Source of the DNA: an uncultured Enterobacteriaceae bacterium
GTDB lineage: Bacteria; Pseudomonadota; Gammaproteobacteria; UBA6186; Azoamicaceae
Assembly: GCA_964456515.1 (NCBI GenBank)
Contig: CAYVZP010000001.1
Span: forward strand, 33,297-83,158
Length of the DNA stretch: 49,862 nt
Reading direction: 5' to 3'
The notes under the pieces were generated by a model, which saw only the letters and a list, made by a program, of their open reading frames with translations, searched no databases and was not told the origin of the DNA. Position numbers and translations under genes: made by a program. This document shows, piece after piece, positions 1-11,017 of the stretch. Position 1 is the first letter of the stretch. Every line of letters begins with the position of its first letter.

Positions 1-1
1 T

Positions 2-514
2 CACATTGATTCAGATTTAAATTTAATAACATATATATCAGTTATATATCCATTAACAAAATATGCACATGTTAATATAACATTTTGTAAAAAAAATGAT
101 TTAAATGATAAAGATATAGAAATATATACAACAAATATTAAAATATTTATAGAAAATAAGTCGATCGCATTGCTTGAGGATGCTATAATAGATATTAAAG
201 ATGATAAACTTATAATTAACGCGCCAAATATCTATAATAATAATAATATTATAAATATTAAAGATAAAATTAAAAATTTATTTGAAAATGAAATAAATGT
301 AATTTTATCTCAACATGGTGGTTTTATAGAATTAATCGATATTATAAAGAATAATACTTTAATAATAAAATTTCATGGCGGGTGTCAGGGGTGCGGAATG
401 GTTGATAGTACATTAAACAATTATATAGAAAAAATAGTAAAAAAACATTTTCCACAAATAACAATTATAAATGACATAACATCACATGAAATAAAAGATA
501 ATTCTTATTATTAA
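2..514 (+). CDS. nfuA: Fe-S cluster carrier NfuA (5' end lies outside the window)
   Basis: Frame is open from base 2 (HIDSDLN...LEDAIID...IINAPN). C-terminal NifU domain has L.QHGG.IEL and GGCQGC (CxxC). Confidence 0.9.
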   Translation, partial: HIDSDLNLITYISVIYPLTKYAHVNITFCKKNDLNDKDIEIYTTNIKIFIENKSIALLEDAIIDIKDDKLIINAPNIYNNNNIINIKDKIKNLFENEINVILSQHGGFIELIDIIKNNTLIIKFHGGCQGCGMVDSTLNNYIEKIVKKHFPQITIINDITSHEIKDNSYY

Positions 515-939
515 TATCGTTTAAATAAAAAAAAATTATTTAATAATGTTACCGATTCCTTTTCTAAAACCCCACCAATGTATTTGTATTTGTATTTATA
601 GTTATAATTATTTTTTAAATTGTTAGTATTGTATGCACTAAATATAATGTTATTTATACGTGATATAATTATAGATGATAAACATAAAAAACATGGTTCA
701 AGTGTTATATATATAACACTTCCAGTTAAAAATTTGTTTGAAATATAAAAAGATGCTTGTGCTAAAGCTATAACCTCTCCATGATTTGTAGTGAAAAAGT
801 ATAAATTAGAATAATTAAAACCTATCCCAATTTCAAAATTATTATTAATAATAATTGATCCAATTGGAATATTTTTTAATAAAAATGATTTTCGTGCTAA
901 TAAAATAGTTCTACGCATCCAAAAATTATATGTTAACAA
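511..939 (-). CDS. tadA: tRNA adenosine(34) deaminase
   Basis: PIG, H-x-E (HGE) and TLEPCxxC zinc-deaminase motifs. Its substrate tRNA-Arg(ACG) is in the window. Confidence 0.85.
   Translation of the reverse strand: MLTYNFWMRRTILLARKSFLLKNIPIGSIIINNNFEIGIGFNYSNLYFFTTNHGEVIALAQASFYISNKFLTGSVIYITLEPCFLCLSSIIISRINNIIFSAYNTNNLKNNYNYKYKYKYIGGVLEKESVTLLNNFFLFKRY
579..596. repeat. (TGTATT)3 in-frame hexamer tandem repeat in tadA (encodes YK repeats)
   Basis: Three exact copies read from the sequence. Confidence 0.7.
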
Positions 940-960
940 AATAATAACACATATTTTTAT

Positions 961-1323
961 TTATATTTTTCTATCTACTAATTCTATAATTGCTAATTTA
1001 GCTGCATCACCTTTTCTATATTTATACTTTAAAATTCTTACATAACCACCAGGTCTGTTTAAATACCGTTTGCCTAAAACATTAAATAATTTATTGATTA
1101 TAATTTTATCTTTTATATGTTTTAAAATTAATCTTTTATTAGATAATGTGTATATTTTTGATAATGTTATTAATGGTTCTATAACTCGTCTTAATTCTTT
1201 AGCTTTTTCTAATGTTGTTACTATAATTTCATGTTTAATTAAACTTTTAGACATATTATAAAACATAATTTTTCTATGACTACTTGTTCTGCTAAAATGT
1301 CTGCTAATTTTCCTATGTCTCAT
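961..1323 (-). CDS. rplQ: 50S ribosomal protein L17
   Basis: [18 protein letters not shown]; last gene of the alpha operon. Confidence 0.98.
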   Translation of the reverse strand: MRHRKISRHFSRTSSHRKIMFYNMSKSLIKHEIIVTTLEKAKELRRVIEPLITLSKIYTLSNKRLILKHIKDKIIINKLFNVLGKRYLNRPGGYVRILKYKYRKGDAAKLAIIELVDRKI

Positions 1324-1331
1324 ATACCACC

Positions 1332-2330
1332 TTAATTAATAAATTTATTTTTATTGTAATCATCTTTAATTTCTTTCCAGTTTGCTATTTCCATGCCAAG
1401 AAATAAATCCATATTAAATAAAATGTTTTTTATTTCAGTTAAAGATTTTTTGCCTAAGTTTGGTGTTTTTAATAAATTTAATTCAGTTTTTTGAACAAGA
1501 TCACCTATATAAATTATATTTTCTGTTTTTAAACAATTTGTTGAACGAACAGTTAAATTTAAATTGTTAATAGTTTTAAAAAGATTTTGATTTATAATTT
1601 TTTTTTGCACATCTTTTTTTTTAAAATCAAATTTATCAAAATCAGCAAATACTAATAATTGATTAATTAAAATTTTAGATGATATTTTTAAGGCATCTAT
1701 GCCTGTTATAGTACCATTGGTACGAATATTTAATTTTAATCTATCAACATTAAGTTTGTTTTTAAAATTAATGTTTTCAACTTCATAGGTTACTCTGTCA
1801 ATAGGACTAAAAAAAGCATCAACTTTTAACCATCCAGATGAATTATCAATATTTCCATCTGTATCAAATTTTGTTCTATAACCGAAGCTTTTAACAACAT
1901 AGATATCTATACCTAAATCACCACATTCATCTATATTAGCAATAACGTGATCTGGATTAATGATTTCAACATTTTTAGGTAAGATAAAATCAGATGCATA
2001 AATTATACACGGCCCTTTTTTGCTTAAACTTAATTGAATTTCATTTTGTTTAGTCATTTTAAAAGATATACCACTTAAATTTAATAAAATTTCCATAACA
2101 TCTTCATACACACCGCGTTTAAAGGCAAATTCATGTAAAATTCCAGATATTTTTACAGCTGTAACAGCACATCCTGGCATAGATGATAATAAAACTCTAC
2201 GAAAAGCATTGCCTAATGTATGTCCAAAACCTATGTCCAGTGGTTCTATAATCATTTCAATATTATTTTTATTAAATTCAGATACACTTACAATTTTAGG
2301 TTTTAAAAAATTATCTACCAAATCAAACAT
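1332..2330 (-). CDS. rpoA: RNA polymerase alpha subunit
   Basis: [21 protein letters not shown]; alpha-[13 protein letters not shown] and [11 protein letters not shown]. Confidence 0.98.
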   Translation of the reverse strand: MFDLVDNFLKPKIVSVSEFNKNNIEMIIEPLDIGFGHTLGNAFRRVLLSSMPGCAVTAVKISGILHEFAFKRGVYEDVMEILLNLSGISFKMTKQNEIQLSLSKKGPCIIYASDFILPKNVEIINPDHVIANIDECGDLGIDIYVVKSFGYRTKFDTDGNIDNSSGWLKVDAFFSPIDRVTYEVENINFKNKLNVDRLKLNIRTNGTITGIDALKISSKILINQLLVFADFDKFDFKKKDVQKKIINQNLFKTINNLNLTVRSTNCLKTENIIYIGDLVQKTELNLLKTPNLGKKSLTEIKNILFNMDLFLGMEIANWKEIKDDYNKNKFIN

Positions 2331-2350
2331 TTGCTTTTAAATCCTTATAA

Positions 2351-2989
2351 TTATTTAGAATAAAATTCAATAATTAATTGTTCATTTAAATCACTTGACA
2401 ACTCTTTTCGTTCAGGTGTTCTTAAATATTTTCCAAACATGTTTTTCACATCAACGTTAATCCATGGTGCAAATCCAACTTTTTCTGCACATCTTAATGA
2501 ATGTTGTATTCGTAATTGATTTTTACTTGTGGTATTAATTTTAATCATATCGCCAACATTAACATGATAGGAAGGAATGTTAATAATACGCTCAGTTTTA
2601 CTGGATGAAACTATAATAGATTTGTGTGATACTAATTGTCGTGCTTCAGCTCGTGTTATTGAAAAACCCATTCTATAAACTATATTATCTAATCTAGATT
2701 CAAGTAATGTTAATAACATTTCACCTGAATTTGTTTTAGTTTTTAAAGATTTTTTATAATAATTAAAAAATTGTTTTTCTAATACGCCGTATATATATTT
2801 TACACATTGTTTAGCGCTTAATTGAAGTGAATAATTGCCAGCAATTTTTTTTCGTTTATTTCCATGTTGTCCAGGAAAAACTTTTAAATTACATTTACTT
2901 GATATATTTCTACCGCCAATACCTTTTAAATTTAAATCAAGTCCAACTCTACGTGACATTTTGCATGATGATTTTAAAAAACGAGCCAT
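2351..2989 (-). CDS. rpsD: 30S ribosomal protein S4 (start re-placed at MARFLK)
   Basis: PGQHG, LESRLDNIVYRMGF, ARQLVSH, IIEFYSK. The ORF-track start at 3028 overlaps rpsK. Confidence 0.97.
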   Translation of the reverse strand: MARFLKSSCKMSRRVGLDLNLKGIGGRNISSKCNLKVFPGQHGNKRKKIAGNYSLQLSAKQCVKYIYGVLEKQFFNYYKKSLKTKTNSGEMLLTLLESRLDNIVYRMGFSITRAEARQLVSHKSIIVSSSKTERIINIPSYHVNVGDMIKINTTSKNQLRIQHSLRCAEKVGFAPWINVDVKNMFGKYLRTPERKELSSDLNEQLIIEFYSK

Positions 2990-2993
2990 TTTA

Positions 2994-3374
2994 TTATACC
3001 CTTCTTTCTTTTGATGGTCTACATCCATTGTGTGGTATGCTAGTTACATCAGCAATATAAGTAATTTTTAAATATGTAGCCAATCCTCTCATTGCAGCTT
3101 CTCTGCCTGGGCCAGGCCCTTTTACAAATATTTCTATTGACATTAATCCAAATGTATCTTTTGCTAATTTGGCTATAGATTTTGATGCAACTTGTGCTGC
3201 GTACGGTGTGCTTTTTTTAGATCCTTTAAAACCTTCAGTTCCAGCTGTTTTCCATATTAAAACATTACCAAGAATATCTGAAATATATATTAGTGTATTA
3301 TTATATGATGCTTGAATATACGCTTTGCCTACAGCTAAATTTTTTTTATGTTTTTTTTTAAATTTTTTTTTCAT
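2994..3374 (-). CDS. rpsK: 30S ribosomal protein S11
   Basis: STPYAAQ, GPGPGRE, PHNGCRP. Confidence 0.98.
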   Translation of the reverse strand: MKKKFKKKHKKNLAVGKAYIQASYNNTLIYISDILGNVLIWKTAGTEGFKGSKKSTPYAAQVASKSIAKLAKDTFGLMSIEIFVKGPGPGREAAMRGLATYLKITYIADVTSIPHNGCRPSKERRV

Positions 3375-3391
3375 ATTATTTTTTTATAGAT

Positions 3392-3739
3392 TTATTTTTT
3401 TTTAATTCTTTTTCTAGTTTTAGCATTGGTCTTAGTTCTTTGCCCGTTAACTGGCAGTCGTGCTTTATGTCGTGAGCCTTTATAACATTTAATATCTATT
3501 AATCGTTTAATATTAAGTCTGATTCTAGTTCTTAAATTACCTTCAACATCAAAATCAGATATAAGTTTTTGTATGTGTGAAATATTATTTTCATTTAAAT
3601 GTTTAACTTTACATGTTGGTAAAATTTTAGCCATTTTACATATATAAATAGAATTAATTTTACCAATACCATATATACTTCTTAATGCAATCGATATATG
3701 TTTATTAGAATTTAAAACAATTCCAGAAATTCGTATCAT
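3392..3739 (-). CDS. rpsM: 30S ribosomal protein S13
   Basis: IYGIG, VEGNLR, LPVNGQRTKTNAKTRK. Confidence 0.98.
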   Translation of the reverse strand: MIRISGIVLNSNKHISIALRSIYGIGKINSIYICKMAKILPTCKVKHLNENNISHIQKLISDFDVEGNLRTRIRLNIKRLIDIKCYKGSRHKARLPVNGQRTKTNAKTRKRIKKK

Positions 3740-3755
3740 AAAAAACCTTTTTAAA

Positions 3756-3869
3756 TTAACCTTGTCTTTGTTTGTGTTTAGGATTAATACATATTACTCT
3801 AAGAACTCTACAACGTCTAACTATTATACAATTTTTACACATTTTTTTTATAGATGATCTAACTTTCAT
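3756..3869 (-). CDS. rpmJ: 50S ribosomal protein L36 (37 aa, not in ORF track)
   Basis: Manual translation [37 protein letters not shown]; lies between secY and rpsM. Confidence 0.97.
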   Translation of the reverse strand: MKVRSSIKKMCKNCIIVRRCRVLRVICINPKHKQRQG

Positions 3870-3877
3870 TTTAATCC

Positions 3878-5146
3878 TTAAAATTTAAAATTTTTATGTT
3901 TTTTTAATATATTATCATATTTGCTAGATATTAGTTTGCCTTGAACTTGTGATATAAAATCCATTATGACAACAACAATAATTAATAAAGAAGTACCACC
4001 AAAATAAAACGGGATATTAGAAAAATATACAAAAAATTCTGGTATCAAAGCAATTACTGATAAATAAAAAGCGCCCAAAAAAGTTAATTTATTAATAATT
4101 TTATCTATATATGTTGATGTTTGATTGCCAGGTCTAATACCAGATATAAAACCGCCACTTTTTTTTAAATTATCTGCAGTATCTTTAGATTTAAATACTA
4201 AATTTGTATAAAAAAAAGAAAAAAATACAATTGATATACCAAAAAGCACTATATATAACAAACTACCAGGCATTAACATTTTTATAAAAGTTTTTAAAAA
4301 AGGAAAATTGAATGAATTATCTATCCATTGTAATAGTGTTACTGGAAATAAAATAACGCTTGATGCAAAGATTGGTGGAATTACGCCTGACATATTTATT
4401 TTAAATGGTAAATAACTACTTTGTGCAGCATACATTCGTCTGCCCTGTTGTCTTTTAGGATAATTAACTAAAATTCGTCTTTGTGCTTTTTCAATAAAAA
4501 CTATTAAAAGTATAATAAAAATTAAAACAATAGCAAAGATAATCATGGAAATAATAGCAACCTCACCTTGTCTCATTTTTTCCATGCTTGAAGCAAAACT
4601 TCTTGGAATATTAGATACAATACTAGTAAATATAATTAAAGATACACCATTACCTATTCCTTTTTCATTAATTTGTTCGCCTAACCACATTAGAAATAAT
4701 GTTCCTGACACTAATGTTAAAATAACAACTGAATAATGTAATAAATTTAAATTATTATTAAAACTTATATGTAATATGAATTTAGACATTGCGATAGCCT
4801 GCACAAAAGCTAAAATAACTGTTAAATATCGTGTATAATTAGATATTTTACGTCTGCCAGCCCCACCTTCTTTTTGAATTTTTTTTAATGGTAACCATGT
4901 TGATGCTAATAATTGAATAACTATTGATGCAGAAATATATGGCATTATACCTAATGAAAATATTGTTACTTTTAATAATGCTCCACCAGAAAATAGGTTA
5001 AATAAACTAAAAATATTTTTACTATCATCAGAAAATGAATCCATTATTTGTTTTGTATCAACTAATGGTACAGGTATATGTGCACCAATTCTATATATTA
5101 ATAAAATTAAAACTACAAATAATAAGCGCCGTGTTAAATCATTCAT
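3878..5146 (-). CDS. secY: Preprotein translocase SecY
   Basis: [38 protein letters not shown]. Confidence 0.98.
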   Translation of the reverse strand: MNDLTRRLLFVVLILLIYRIGAHIPVPLVDTKQIMDSFSDDSKNIFSLFNLFSGGALLKVTIFSLGIMPYISASIVIQLLASTWLPLKKIQKEGGAGRRKISNYTRYLTVILAFVQAIAMSKFILHISFNNNLNLLHYSVVILTLVSGTLFLMWLGEQINEKGIGNGVSLIIFTSIVSNIPRSFASSMEKMRQGEVAIISMIIFAIVLIFIILLIVFIEKAQRRILVNYPKRQQGRRMYAAQSSYLPFKINMSGVIPPIFASSVILFPVTLLQWIDNSFNFPFLKTFIKMLMPGSLLYIVLFGISIVFFSFFYTNLVFKSKDTADNLKKSGGFISGIRPGNQTSTYIDKIINKLTFLGAFYLSVIALIPEFFVYFSNIPFYFGGTSLLIIVVVIMDFISQVQGKLISSKYDNILKKHKNFKF

Positions 5147-5231
5147 AAAAATTATCCAAAATAAATAAAATAAACATTAATATTATACACTAAGATAAAA
5201 AAAAACAATATTGTAAATAAATTTATAATTA

Positions 5232-5260
5232 TTGTAGTAATATCTTTTTGTTTGTATAAT
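5232..5260 (+). promoter_or_regulatory. Candidate sigma70 promoter of the ATP/ADP translocase
   Basis: TTGTAG-N17-TATAAT. GGGG SD-like element at 5285-5288 precedes the ATG at 5297. Confidence 0.55.
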
Positions 5261-5296
5261 TTATTTTTACATTTAAAAAAAATTGGGGCAATTATA

Positions 5297-6847
5297 ATGT
5301 CAGATGATAAAAAAGAACAAACGTTTGGTCGTTGGAGACAATTATTATGGCCTATACATAATGATGAATTAAAGAAATTTCTACCATTAGGTTTTATAAT
5401 GTTTGGTATTTTATTTAATTATACATTACTTAGAGATACAAAAGATGCTTTAGTGGTTAATGCTGCAGGAGCGGGAATTATACCATTTCTTAAATTTTAT
5501 TGTGTTACTCCAGCTGCAGTAATATTTGTTATGTTGTACGCTAAATTATGTAATATTTTTGATAAAGAAAAGATATTTTATGTGATAGTTACACCATTTT
5601 TAATATTTTTTGCATTTTTTGCATTTGTTATTCAACCAAATTTTGAGATGTTACATCCGTCAAATGAAATAATTAATAATTTAAATAATTCTTATCCGGC
5701 ATTTAGTGGTTTCATTAATATTTATGCATTTTGGGCGTATTCTTTATTTTATGTGTTAGCTGAAATATGGGGTAGTGCTATGGTAGCATTAATGTTTTGG
5801 CAATTTGCTAATGAAATTGTAAGAATAAGTGAATCTAGACGTTTTTATGGTTTGTTTGTGGTTGTAGGAAATGTGTCTTTAATTTTGTCTGGACAGGTTG
5901 TTAGATTTTGTTCAACAGGTATTACACAATTTTTTCCAGAAGATCCATGGAAATGGTCAGTATACTTTTTAATGTCCACAGTAGTCATTATGGGTATTCT
6001 TACAATGTATATATATAGATGGATGTATGTAAATGTTTTAGTTGATCCTAAATATTATGATGGTACAAAAAAGGTTACTAAAAAGAAAAAAAGTAAACCT
6101 GGGTTATCTGATAGTTTTAAAATTATTTTCAAATCAAAAGAATTGGGTTTGATAGCAACATTAATTATGGCGTATGGTGTTGCAATAAATTTAGTTGAAG
6201 TTCAATGGAAAGAACAATTAAAATTTTATTATTCAGGTGATAAAGGTGGTTATAATGCATTTATGGGAAATTATTCTACCTGGTCTGGAATACTTACAAT
6301 TTTATTTAGTTTATTTATTGGATCAAATATTTTAAGGTTATTGAGTTGGTTTAAAGCAGCTGTGATTACACCTTTTGTAATATTAATAGGTGGAGTAATA
6401 TTCTTTTGTTTTATTTTAGCAAATGATATAACTTTAATTAAAGGTGTTACAAATAATTTACTTTTATCTTTAGGAACAACTCCTGTGCCTGCTGCCACCT
6501 TCTTAGGCGCTGCAATAGTAATTGTTTCAAAAGTAGTAAAATATTCATTATTTGATCCTACAAAAGAAATGGCTTATATTCCGTTAGATGATGAATTAAA
6601 AACAAAAGGCAAGGCTGCTGTTGATGTTATTGGTGGTAGAGCAGGAAAAGCTGGCGGAGCTTTTGTTCAAAGTACATTATTATCTATAATGGCAACAACA
6701 AATGTTTTATCAATAGCACATATAGCGTTTATTGTTTTTGTTTTTATAACTATTTTATGGATATTTGCTGTAAAAGTTTTAAGCGTTAAAGTTGATGAAA
6801 ATACAAAACGTAAAATGAAAGAATTAGAAGAAAATGAAATAAAATAA
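5297..6847 (+). CDS. tlcA: NTT/TLC-family ATP/ADP (nucleotide) translocase
   Basis: ELKKFLP, FNYTLLRDTKD, IPFLK, AEIWGS, FWQFANE, KYSLFDPTKEMAYIPLD, GKAAVDVIGGRAGKAGGA; about 12 hydrophobic segments. Confidence 0.95.
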   Translation: MSDDKKEQTFGRWRQLLWPIHNDELKKFLPLGFIMFGILFNYTLLRDTKDALVVNAAGAGIIPFLKFYCVTPAAVIFVMLYAKLCNIFDKEKIFYVIVTPFLIFFAFFAFVIQPNFEMLHPSNEIINNLNNSYPAFSGFINIYAFWAYSLFYVLAEIWGSAMVALMFWQFANEIVRISESRRFYGLFVVVGNVSLILSGQVVRFCSTGITQFFPEDPWKWSVYFLMSTVVIMGILTMYIYRWMYVNVLVDPKYYDGTKKVTKKKKSKPGLSDSFKIIFKSKELGLIATLIMAYGVAINLVEVQWKEQLKFYYSGDKGGYNAFMGNYSTWSGILTILFSLFIGSNILRLLSWFKAAVITPFVILIGGVIFFCFILANDITLIKGVTNNLLLSLGTTPVPAATFLGAAIVIVSKVVKYSLFDPTKEMAYIPLDDELKTKGKAAVDVIGGRAGKAGGAFVQSTLLSIMATTNVLSIAHIAFIVFVFITILWIFAVKVLSVKVDENTKRKMKELEENEIK

Positions 6848-6855
6848 AAAAAATT

Positions 6856-6879
6856 AATAGGGCTTTATAGCCCTATTTT
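6856..6879. terminator. Probable bidirectional intrinsic terminator between tlcA and tatC
   Basis: Hairpin AATAGGGCT-TTAT-AGCCCTATT with an A-tract before and TTTT at its end; overlaps the tatC TAG. Confidence 0.75.
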
Positions 6880-7553
6880 GAAAAAAATAATCCGATTTCA
6901 AATAAAAAACAAATAGGAATAGCTAATAAAATTTGAGAAATAACATCAGGTGGCGTTAATATCATTCCTAAAATGAATGATAAAATGATAACATATGAAC
7001 GTTTGGATGATAAATATTGTTTAGAAACAATATTAACGCGTATTAAAAAATTAATTAAAATAGGAATTTGAAATGAAAAACCAGCAGCAAGCATTATAGA
7101 AAAAACAAAATCCATATAATAATTAATACCAATCATTATGGATACACTATTAGGAGAGCATGTCATAAAAAAATTGATAGCAATGGGGCATAAGATATAG
7201 AAAGCAAATATATTGCCTAATAAAAATAGTAAAATGCTAAAAAATAAATATGGTAAAATAGAAGTTTTTTCATGATCATATAATCCTGGTGCAATAAAAT
7301 TCCATATATGAAAAATAAAAAAAGGTATACTACAAATTAAAGTTAAATTGAATGATAATTTTAATGGAATTAAAAAGGTTGATGTTACTTTAATGGCAAC
7401 AATGTTGCTATTTATTGGCATTTGAGTTCTGATAGGCATGGAAAACAGGTCATAAATTATATCAGAAAAATAAAATAATACTAAAAATATATTAATAAAA
7501 AAAAATATACTTAAAAGCATTCGTTTTCTTAATTCTATAAAATGTATATTCAT
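6873..7553 (-). CDS. tatC: Twin-arginine translocase TatC
   Basis: HFIELRKR, FIAPGLY..EK, FQIP, LTPPDVISQ. Confidence 0.95.
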   Translation of the reverse strand: MNIHFIELRKRMLLSIFFFINIFLVLFYFSDIIYDLFSMPIRTQMPINSNIVAIKVTSTFLIPLKLSFNLTLICSIPFFIFHIWNFIAPGLYDHEKTSILPYLFFSILLFLLGNIFAFYILCPIAINFFMTCSPNSVSIMIGINYYMDFVFSIMLAAGFSFQIPILINFLIRVNIVSKQYLSSKRSYVIILSFILGMILTPPDVISQILLAIPICFLFEIGLFFSK

Positions 7554-7617
7554 TATTTATCTACTTATATACTTTTTTAAATAAAATGTAATAAAATTTA
7601 ATAAATTAATCAAATTT

Positions 7618-8961
7618 ATGATACATATATATAATACATTAACTCAAAAAAAAGAAATTATAACTAAAAAAACAATAAAAATATATACATGTGGAATAAC
7701 AGTACATGATAATTGTCATATAGGCCATGCTAGATTTTTTGTTGTTTTTGATGTAATAACACGTTATTTAACTTTTAAACAATTTAAAATAATTTTAATA
7801 AGAAATATAACAGATATAGATGATAAAATAATAAAGAAAGCATTAATTAAAAATATATCAATTAAAAATATAACAACAATTTTTATTAATAAGATGCATT
7901 GTAATAATAAATTGTTAAAATTAATAGAACCAACATTTGAACCGAAAGCGACAAATTTTATAAGTAATATAATACAATTAATTAATATTTTAAAAAAAAA
8001 GCAATATGCGTATATTGGTTTAAATAATGATATATATTATAATATTAGAAAGTATAAATCATATGGTGTTTTATCTAAAACAATACAATCGCAGTCTAAA
8101 ATAAGCGTTAAAAATTTATTAGGCAAGGAATATGATTTAGATTTTACATTATGGAAAAATGATAAACTTTTTTGGAAATCACCATGGGGAAATGGTAGAC
8201 CTGGATGGCATTCCGAGTGTGCTGCAATGACGTTGTATTATGGTGAAAATATGATAGATATACATGGTGGTGGTAAGGATTTGTTATTTCCACATCATGA
8301 AAATGAATTAGCACAAATAAATATAGTAAAAAATTTTGATTTTATTAAAATATGGATGCATATAGGTCATTTAAAAATTAATAAACAAAAAATGTCAAAA
8401 TCATTAAATAATTATGTTTTAATAAAAAATTTATTAAAAATATTTAATGAAGAGGAAATTAGATTTTTTTTTTTATTAACACATTATAGAAAATCAATAA
8501 GTTATTCAATAAATGTTATAGAAAAGACAACCATTTCTTTAAAAAATTTATATAAAAATATTAAAAAAAATAATATGATAGATAAAACAATGTTGGATGA
8601 ATGTTATGTATCAGCTTTTTTTTTAGCTTTAAATGATGATTTTAATACACCAAAAGCTGTATCAATTTTATTTGAAATAAATAATAATATTAAACATAAT
8701 AGTGATTTAATGTATAAAGTTAAATTGCAAAACACATTATATTATCTTGGAAATATAATTGGTTTATTTAATTATAATTATATAATTAAAAAAAAAACTA
8801 AAATAAATAAAAAAAAACTTGATTTATTAATTAATAAAAGAATGTTAGCAAGAAAAAATTATAATTGGGTATTAGCAGATAGTATACGATTATATTTAAA
8901 TAGTAAGAATATTATATTAATAGATAATAAAAATAATACACATTATATTTATAAACAATAA
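7618..8961 (+). CDS. cysS: Cysteine-tRNA ligase
   Basis: CGITV, HIGH, GRPGWHSEC, HHENE, KMSKS, DDFNTP. Confidence 0.97.
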   Translation: MIHIYNTLTQKKEIITKKTIKIYTCGITVHDNCHIGHARFFVVFDVITRYLTFKQFKIILIRNITDIDDKIIKKALIKNISIKNITTIFINKMHCNNKLLKLIEPTFEPKATNFISNIIQLINILKKKQYAYIGLNNDIYYNIRKYKSYGVLSKTIQSQSKISVKNLLGKEYDLDFTLWKNDKLFWKSPWGNGRPGWHSECAAMTLYYGENMIDIHGGGKDLLFPHHENELAQINIVKNFDFIKIWMHIGHLKINKQKMSKSLNNYVLIKNLLKIFNEEEIRFFFLLTHYRKSISYSINVIEKTTISLKNLYKNIKKNNMIDKTMLDECYVSAFFLALNDDFNTPKAVSILFEINNNIKHNSDLMYKVKLQNTLYYLGNIIGLFNYNYIIKKKTKINKKKLDLLINKRMLARKNYNWVLADSIRLYLNSKNIILIDNKNNTHYIYKQ

Positions 8962-10140
8962 TTATATATCTTTAAAATAAAAAAATAATTTATTTTTTTT
9001 AAAAAAATACATCATAGATTTAGTTTTATTTTTATTGTGTATATTTTTATTTAAATAATCAAATAAATGTAATATTATATATTTTTTATAAAAAAAGTTA
9101 ATTTCATTATTTAATTTTAAATTAATATCATTTAATAAAATTAGATTTATTATTTTTATTTTTTCTTTGTAAATATTAATTTTTTTCAAAAAAAAGATAA
9201 TTATTTTTATTTTAATTTTAAAAAAATTATAATAAAAAATTTTAAAAACAAATAACATTTTTAAAAATTTGAAGTTTTTTTTGGATATAGAAAATTTTGT
9301 TTTATAATAACATAAAGGCAAAGATGTGTATTTTTTTTTTATTAAATATGAATAAACTAATTTGTTTTTAAAATTATAAAATAAAAGAAATAATTTTATA
9401 AAATTATTGTTTGAATAATTGTTTATTATAATAGAAATTTTACATAATTTATTCCATAAGTTTAAGTAAGGATTAAAAAAAAAATTTTTTGAAAATATAA
9501 ATATATTATTTAAATCATAAAAAATAAATATTAATCCATTACATATAAAAAGAAAATTAAAAAAATTAAAAAACATATTATATTTAAATGAATTATAAAA
9601 TTCTTTTAATATTCTTTCAAAGACTAAATAATTTAATTCTTTATTTTTAATAATATGTTTTATTAAAAAATATGTGAATGATGAAATTAGGAATCCGTGG
9701 TTATAATATTTAACAAAAAAGCGTGATAATCTTAAAATACGTAATGGGTCTTCTGAAAACGCGTAGGATATATGTGAGATTTTTTTTATTTTAAAATAAT
9801 TAAAACATAAAAATGATTCATTTAAATATCCATTATTACATAATGTTAAAGAATTAATATTAAGATCTCTGCGAAATAAATCATGTTTTAAATTAATGTT
9901 TTTAGAAAAGTAACATAAAAATCCATGGTATCCATGGCCAGTTTTTTTTTCCTTTCTAGCTAAAGCGTACTCTTCTTTTGTTATAGGATGTAAAAAAACT
10001 GGAAAATCTTTACCAACAAGTTTAAATCCTAGTTTAAACATAAATTTAAAATTAGATTTAATAACAATCCAATCTCTTTCAGTAATGTTCTTGCCTAATA
10101 ATTTATCGCGTATTGACCCACCAACTAAAAAAAACAACAT
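8962..10140 (-). CDS. cca: CCA-adding tRNA nucleotidyltransferase (C-terminal half highly diverged)
   Basis: VGGSIRD.LLG, DFPVFLHP, EYALAR.E, RRDL.IN, EDPLRILR. Confidence 0.92.
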   Translation of the reverse strand: MLFFLVGGSIRDKLLGKNITERDWIVIKSNFKFMFKLGFKLVGKDFPVFLHPITKEEYALARKEKKTGHGYHGFLCYFSKNINLKHDLFRRDLNINSLTLCNNGYLNESFLCFNYFKIKKISHISYAFSEDPLRILRLSRFFVKYYNHGFLISSFTYFLIKHIIKNKELNYLVFERILKEFYNSFKYNMFFNFFNFLFICNGLIFIFYDLNNIFIFSKNFFFNPYLNLWNKLCKISIIINNYSNNNFIKLFLLFYNFKNKLVYSYLIKKKYTSLPLCYYKTKFSISKKNFKFLKMLFVFKIFYYNFFKIKIKIIIFFLKKINIYKEKIKIINLILLNDINLKLNNEINFFYKKYIILHLFDYLNKNIHNKNKTKSMMYFFKKNKLFFYFKDI

Positions 10141-10148
10141 ATAATTTA

Positions 10149-10706
10149 TTATATTTTTTTTAAAAAATAAAATTTAGTTTGACCACTTTGTTTTTTTTTT
10201 AATAAAAAAATATCTAAAAAATAATTTTTAAAAAATAAGTGTTTATTAGTTTCAAGGAAAATTAATAAATATTTTTTTAAAAAAAAAATAGCATTTAATT
10301 GTAATAAAAAATTATATAAGTTATATATATATGGTGGATCTATAATAATTAATGATACATTTAATATATTTAAATTTTTCAACCATATCATGGAGTCAAA
10401 TAAATAAATAAAAAAATTATTATATAAATTTAATTTGATTTTATTTAAATTAATATATTTAAAAAACAATTTATTTTGTTCTAACATGATAATTTTTTTT
10501 GCTCCATTAGAAAAAAGATTAAAACATATAATTCCTGTGCCTGAAAAAAAGTCTATAATATATAATGAGTTTATATAATAAATTATCCATGAATATAAAC
10601 TTTTTTTTATTATGTTTTTTGTAGGTCTTAGTTTTAAAGATGTTAAAAAAATTAATTTATTATTTTTTAAACAACCATATTCAATTAAAAAAAAAGTTTT
10701 TTTCAA
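10149..10706 (-). CDS. rsmD: 16S rRNA m2G966 methyltransferase, diverged (probable TTG start at 10706)
   Basis: LRPT, DFFSGTG SAM motif, IIDPPY; GGTGAG upstream of the TTG. Confidence 0.8.
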   Translation of the reverse strand: MKKTFFLIEYGCLKNNKLIFLTSLKLRPTKNIIKKSLYSWIIYYINSLYIIDFFSGTGIICFNLFSNGAKKIIMLEQNKLFFKYINLNKIKLNLYNNFFIYLFDSMIWLKNLNILNVSLIIIDPPYIYNLYNFLLQLNAIFFLKKYLLIFLETNKHLFFKNYFLDIFLLKKKQSGQTKFYFLKKI

Positions 10707-10799
10707 ATTCTCACCATATGTAATTAAAATAAATAATAATATAAATATAGTATCAGAATTTAATATAATAGACATTATTAAATAACAATTTATAAAAAA

Positions 10800-10828
10800 T
10801 TGATATTAATTTAACAATTAAATATAAT
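10800..10828 (+). promoter_or_regulatory. Candidate sigma70 promoter of tRNA-Ser/tRNA-Arg
   Basis: TTGATA-N17-TATAAT ending 10 nt before tRNA-Ser. Confidence 0.65.
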
Positions 10829-10838
10829 TCTTTTAAAA

Positions 10839-10928
10839 GGAGAGATGGCCGAGCGGCTTAAGGCGCTCCCCTGCTAAGGGAGAATGGTTTGTTATAAATC
10901 ATCGTGGGTTCGAATCCCACTCTCTCCG
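10839..10928 (+). tRNA. tRNA-Ser(GCT), CCA not encoded
   Basis: Acceptor GGAGAGA/TCTCTCC, anticodon arm CTCCC-CTGCTAA-GGGAG, long variable arm, GGTTCGAATCC. Confidence 0.96.
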
Positions 10929-10937
10929 AAAATAATA

Positions 10938-11012
10938 GCGCCCGTAGCTCAATTGGATTAGAGCATCTGGCTACGAACCAGAAGGTCGTAGGTTCGAATC
11001 CTTCCGGGCGTG
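10938..11012 (+). tRNA. tRNA-Arg(ACG), CCA not encoded
   Basis: Acceptor GCGCCCG/CGGGCGT, anticodon arm TCTGG-CTACGAA-CCAGA; one T-T mismatch in the T stem. Confidence 0.96.
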
Positions 11013-11017
11013 TAGTG

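Noticed and set aside
5152..5160. DnaA-box-like TTATCCAAA upstream of secY
   Set aside because: Single mismatched copy, no cluster, and it overlaps the likely secY SD (GGA on the minus strand).
10070..10085. ERD instead of DxD in the cca catalytic motif
   Set aside because: A conservative acidic substitution that I recall from other gammaproteobacterial CCA enzymes; not evidence of inactivation.
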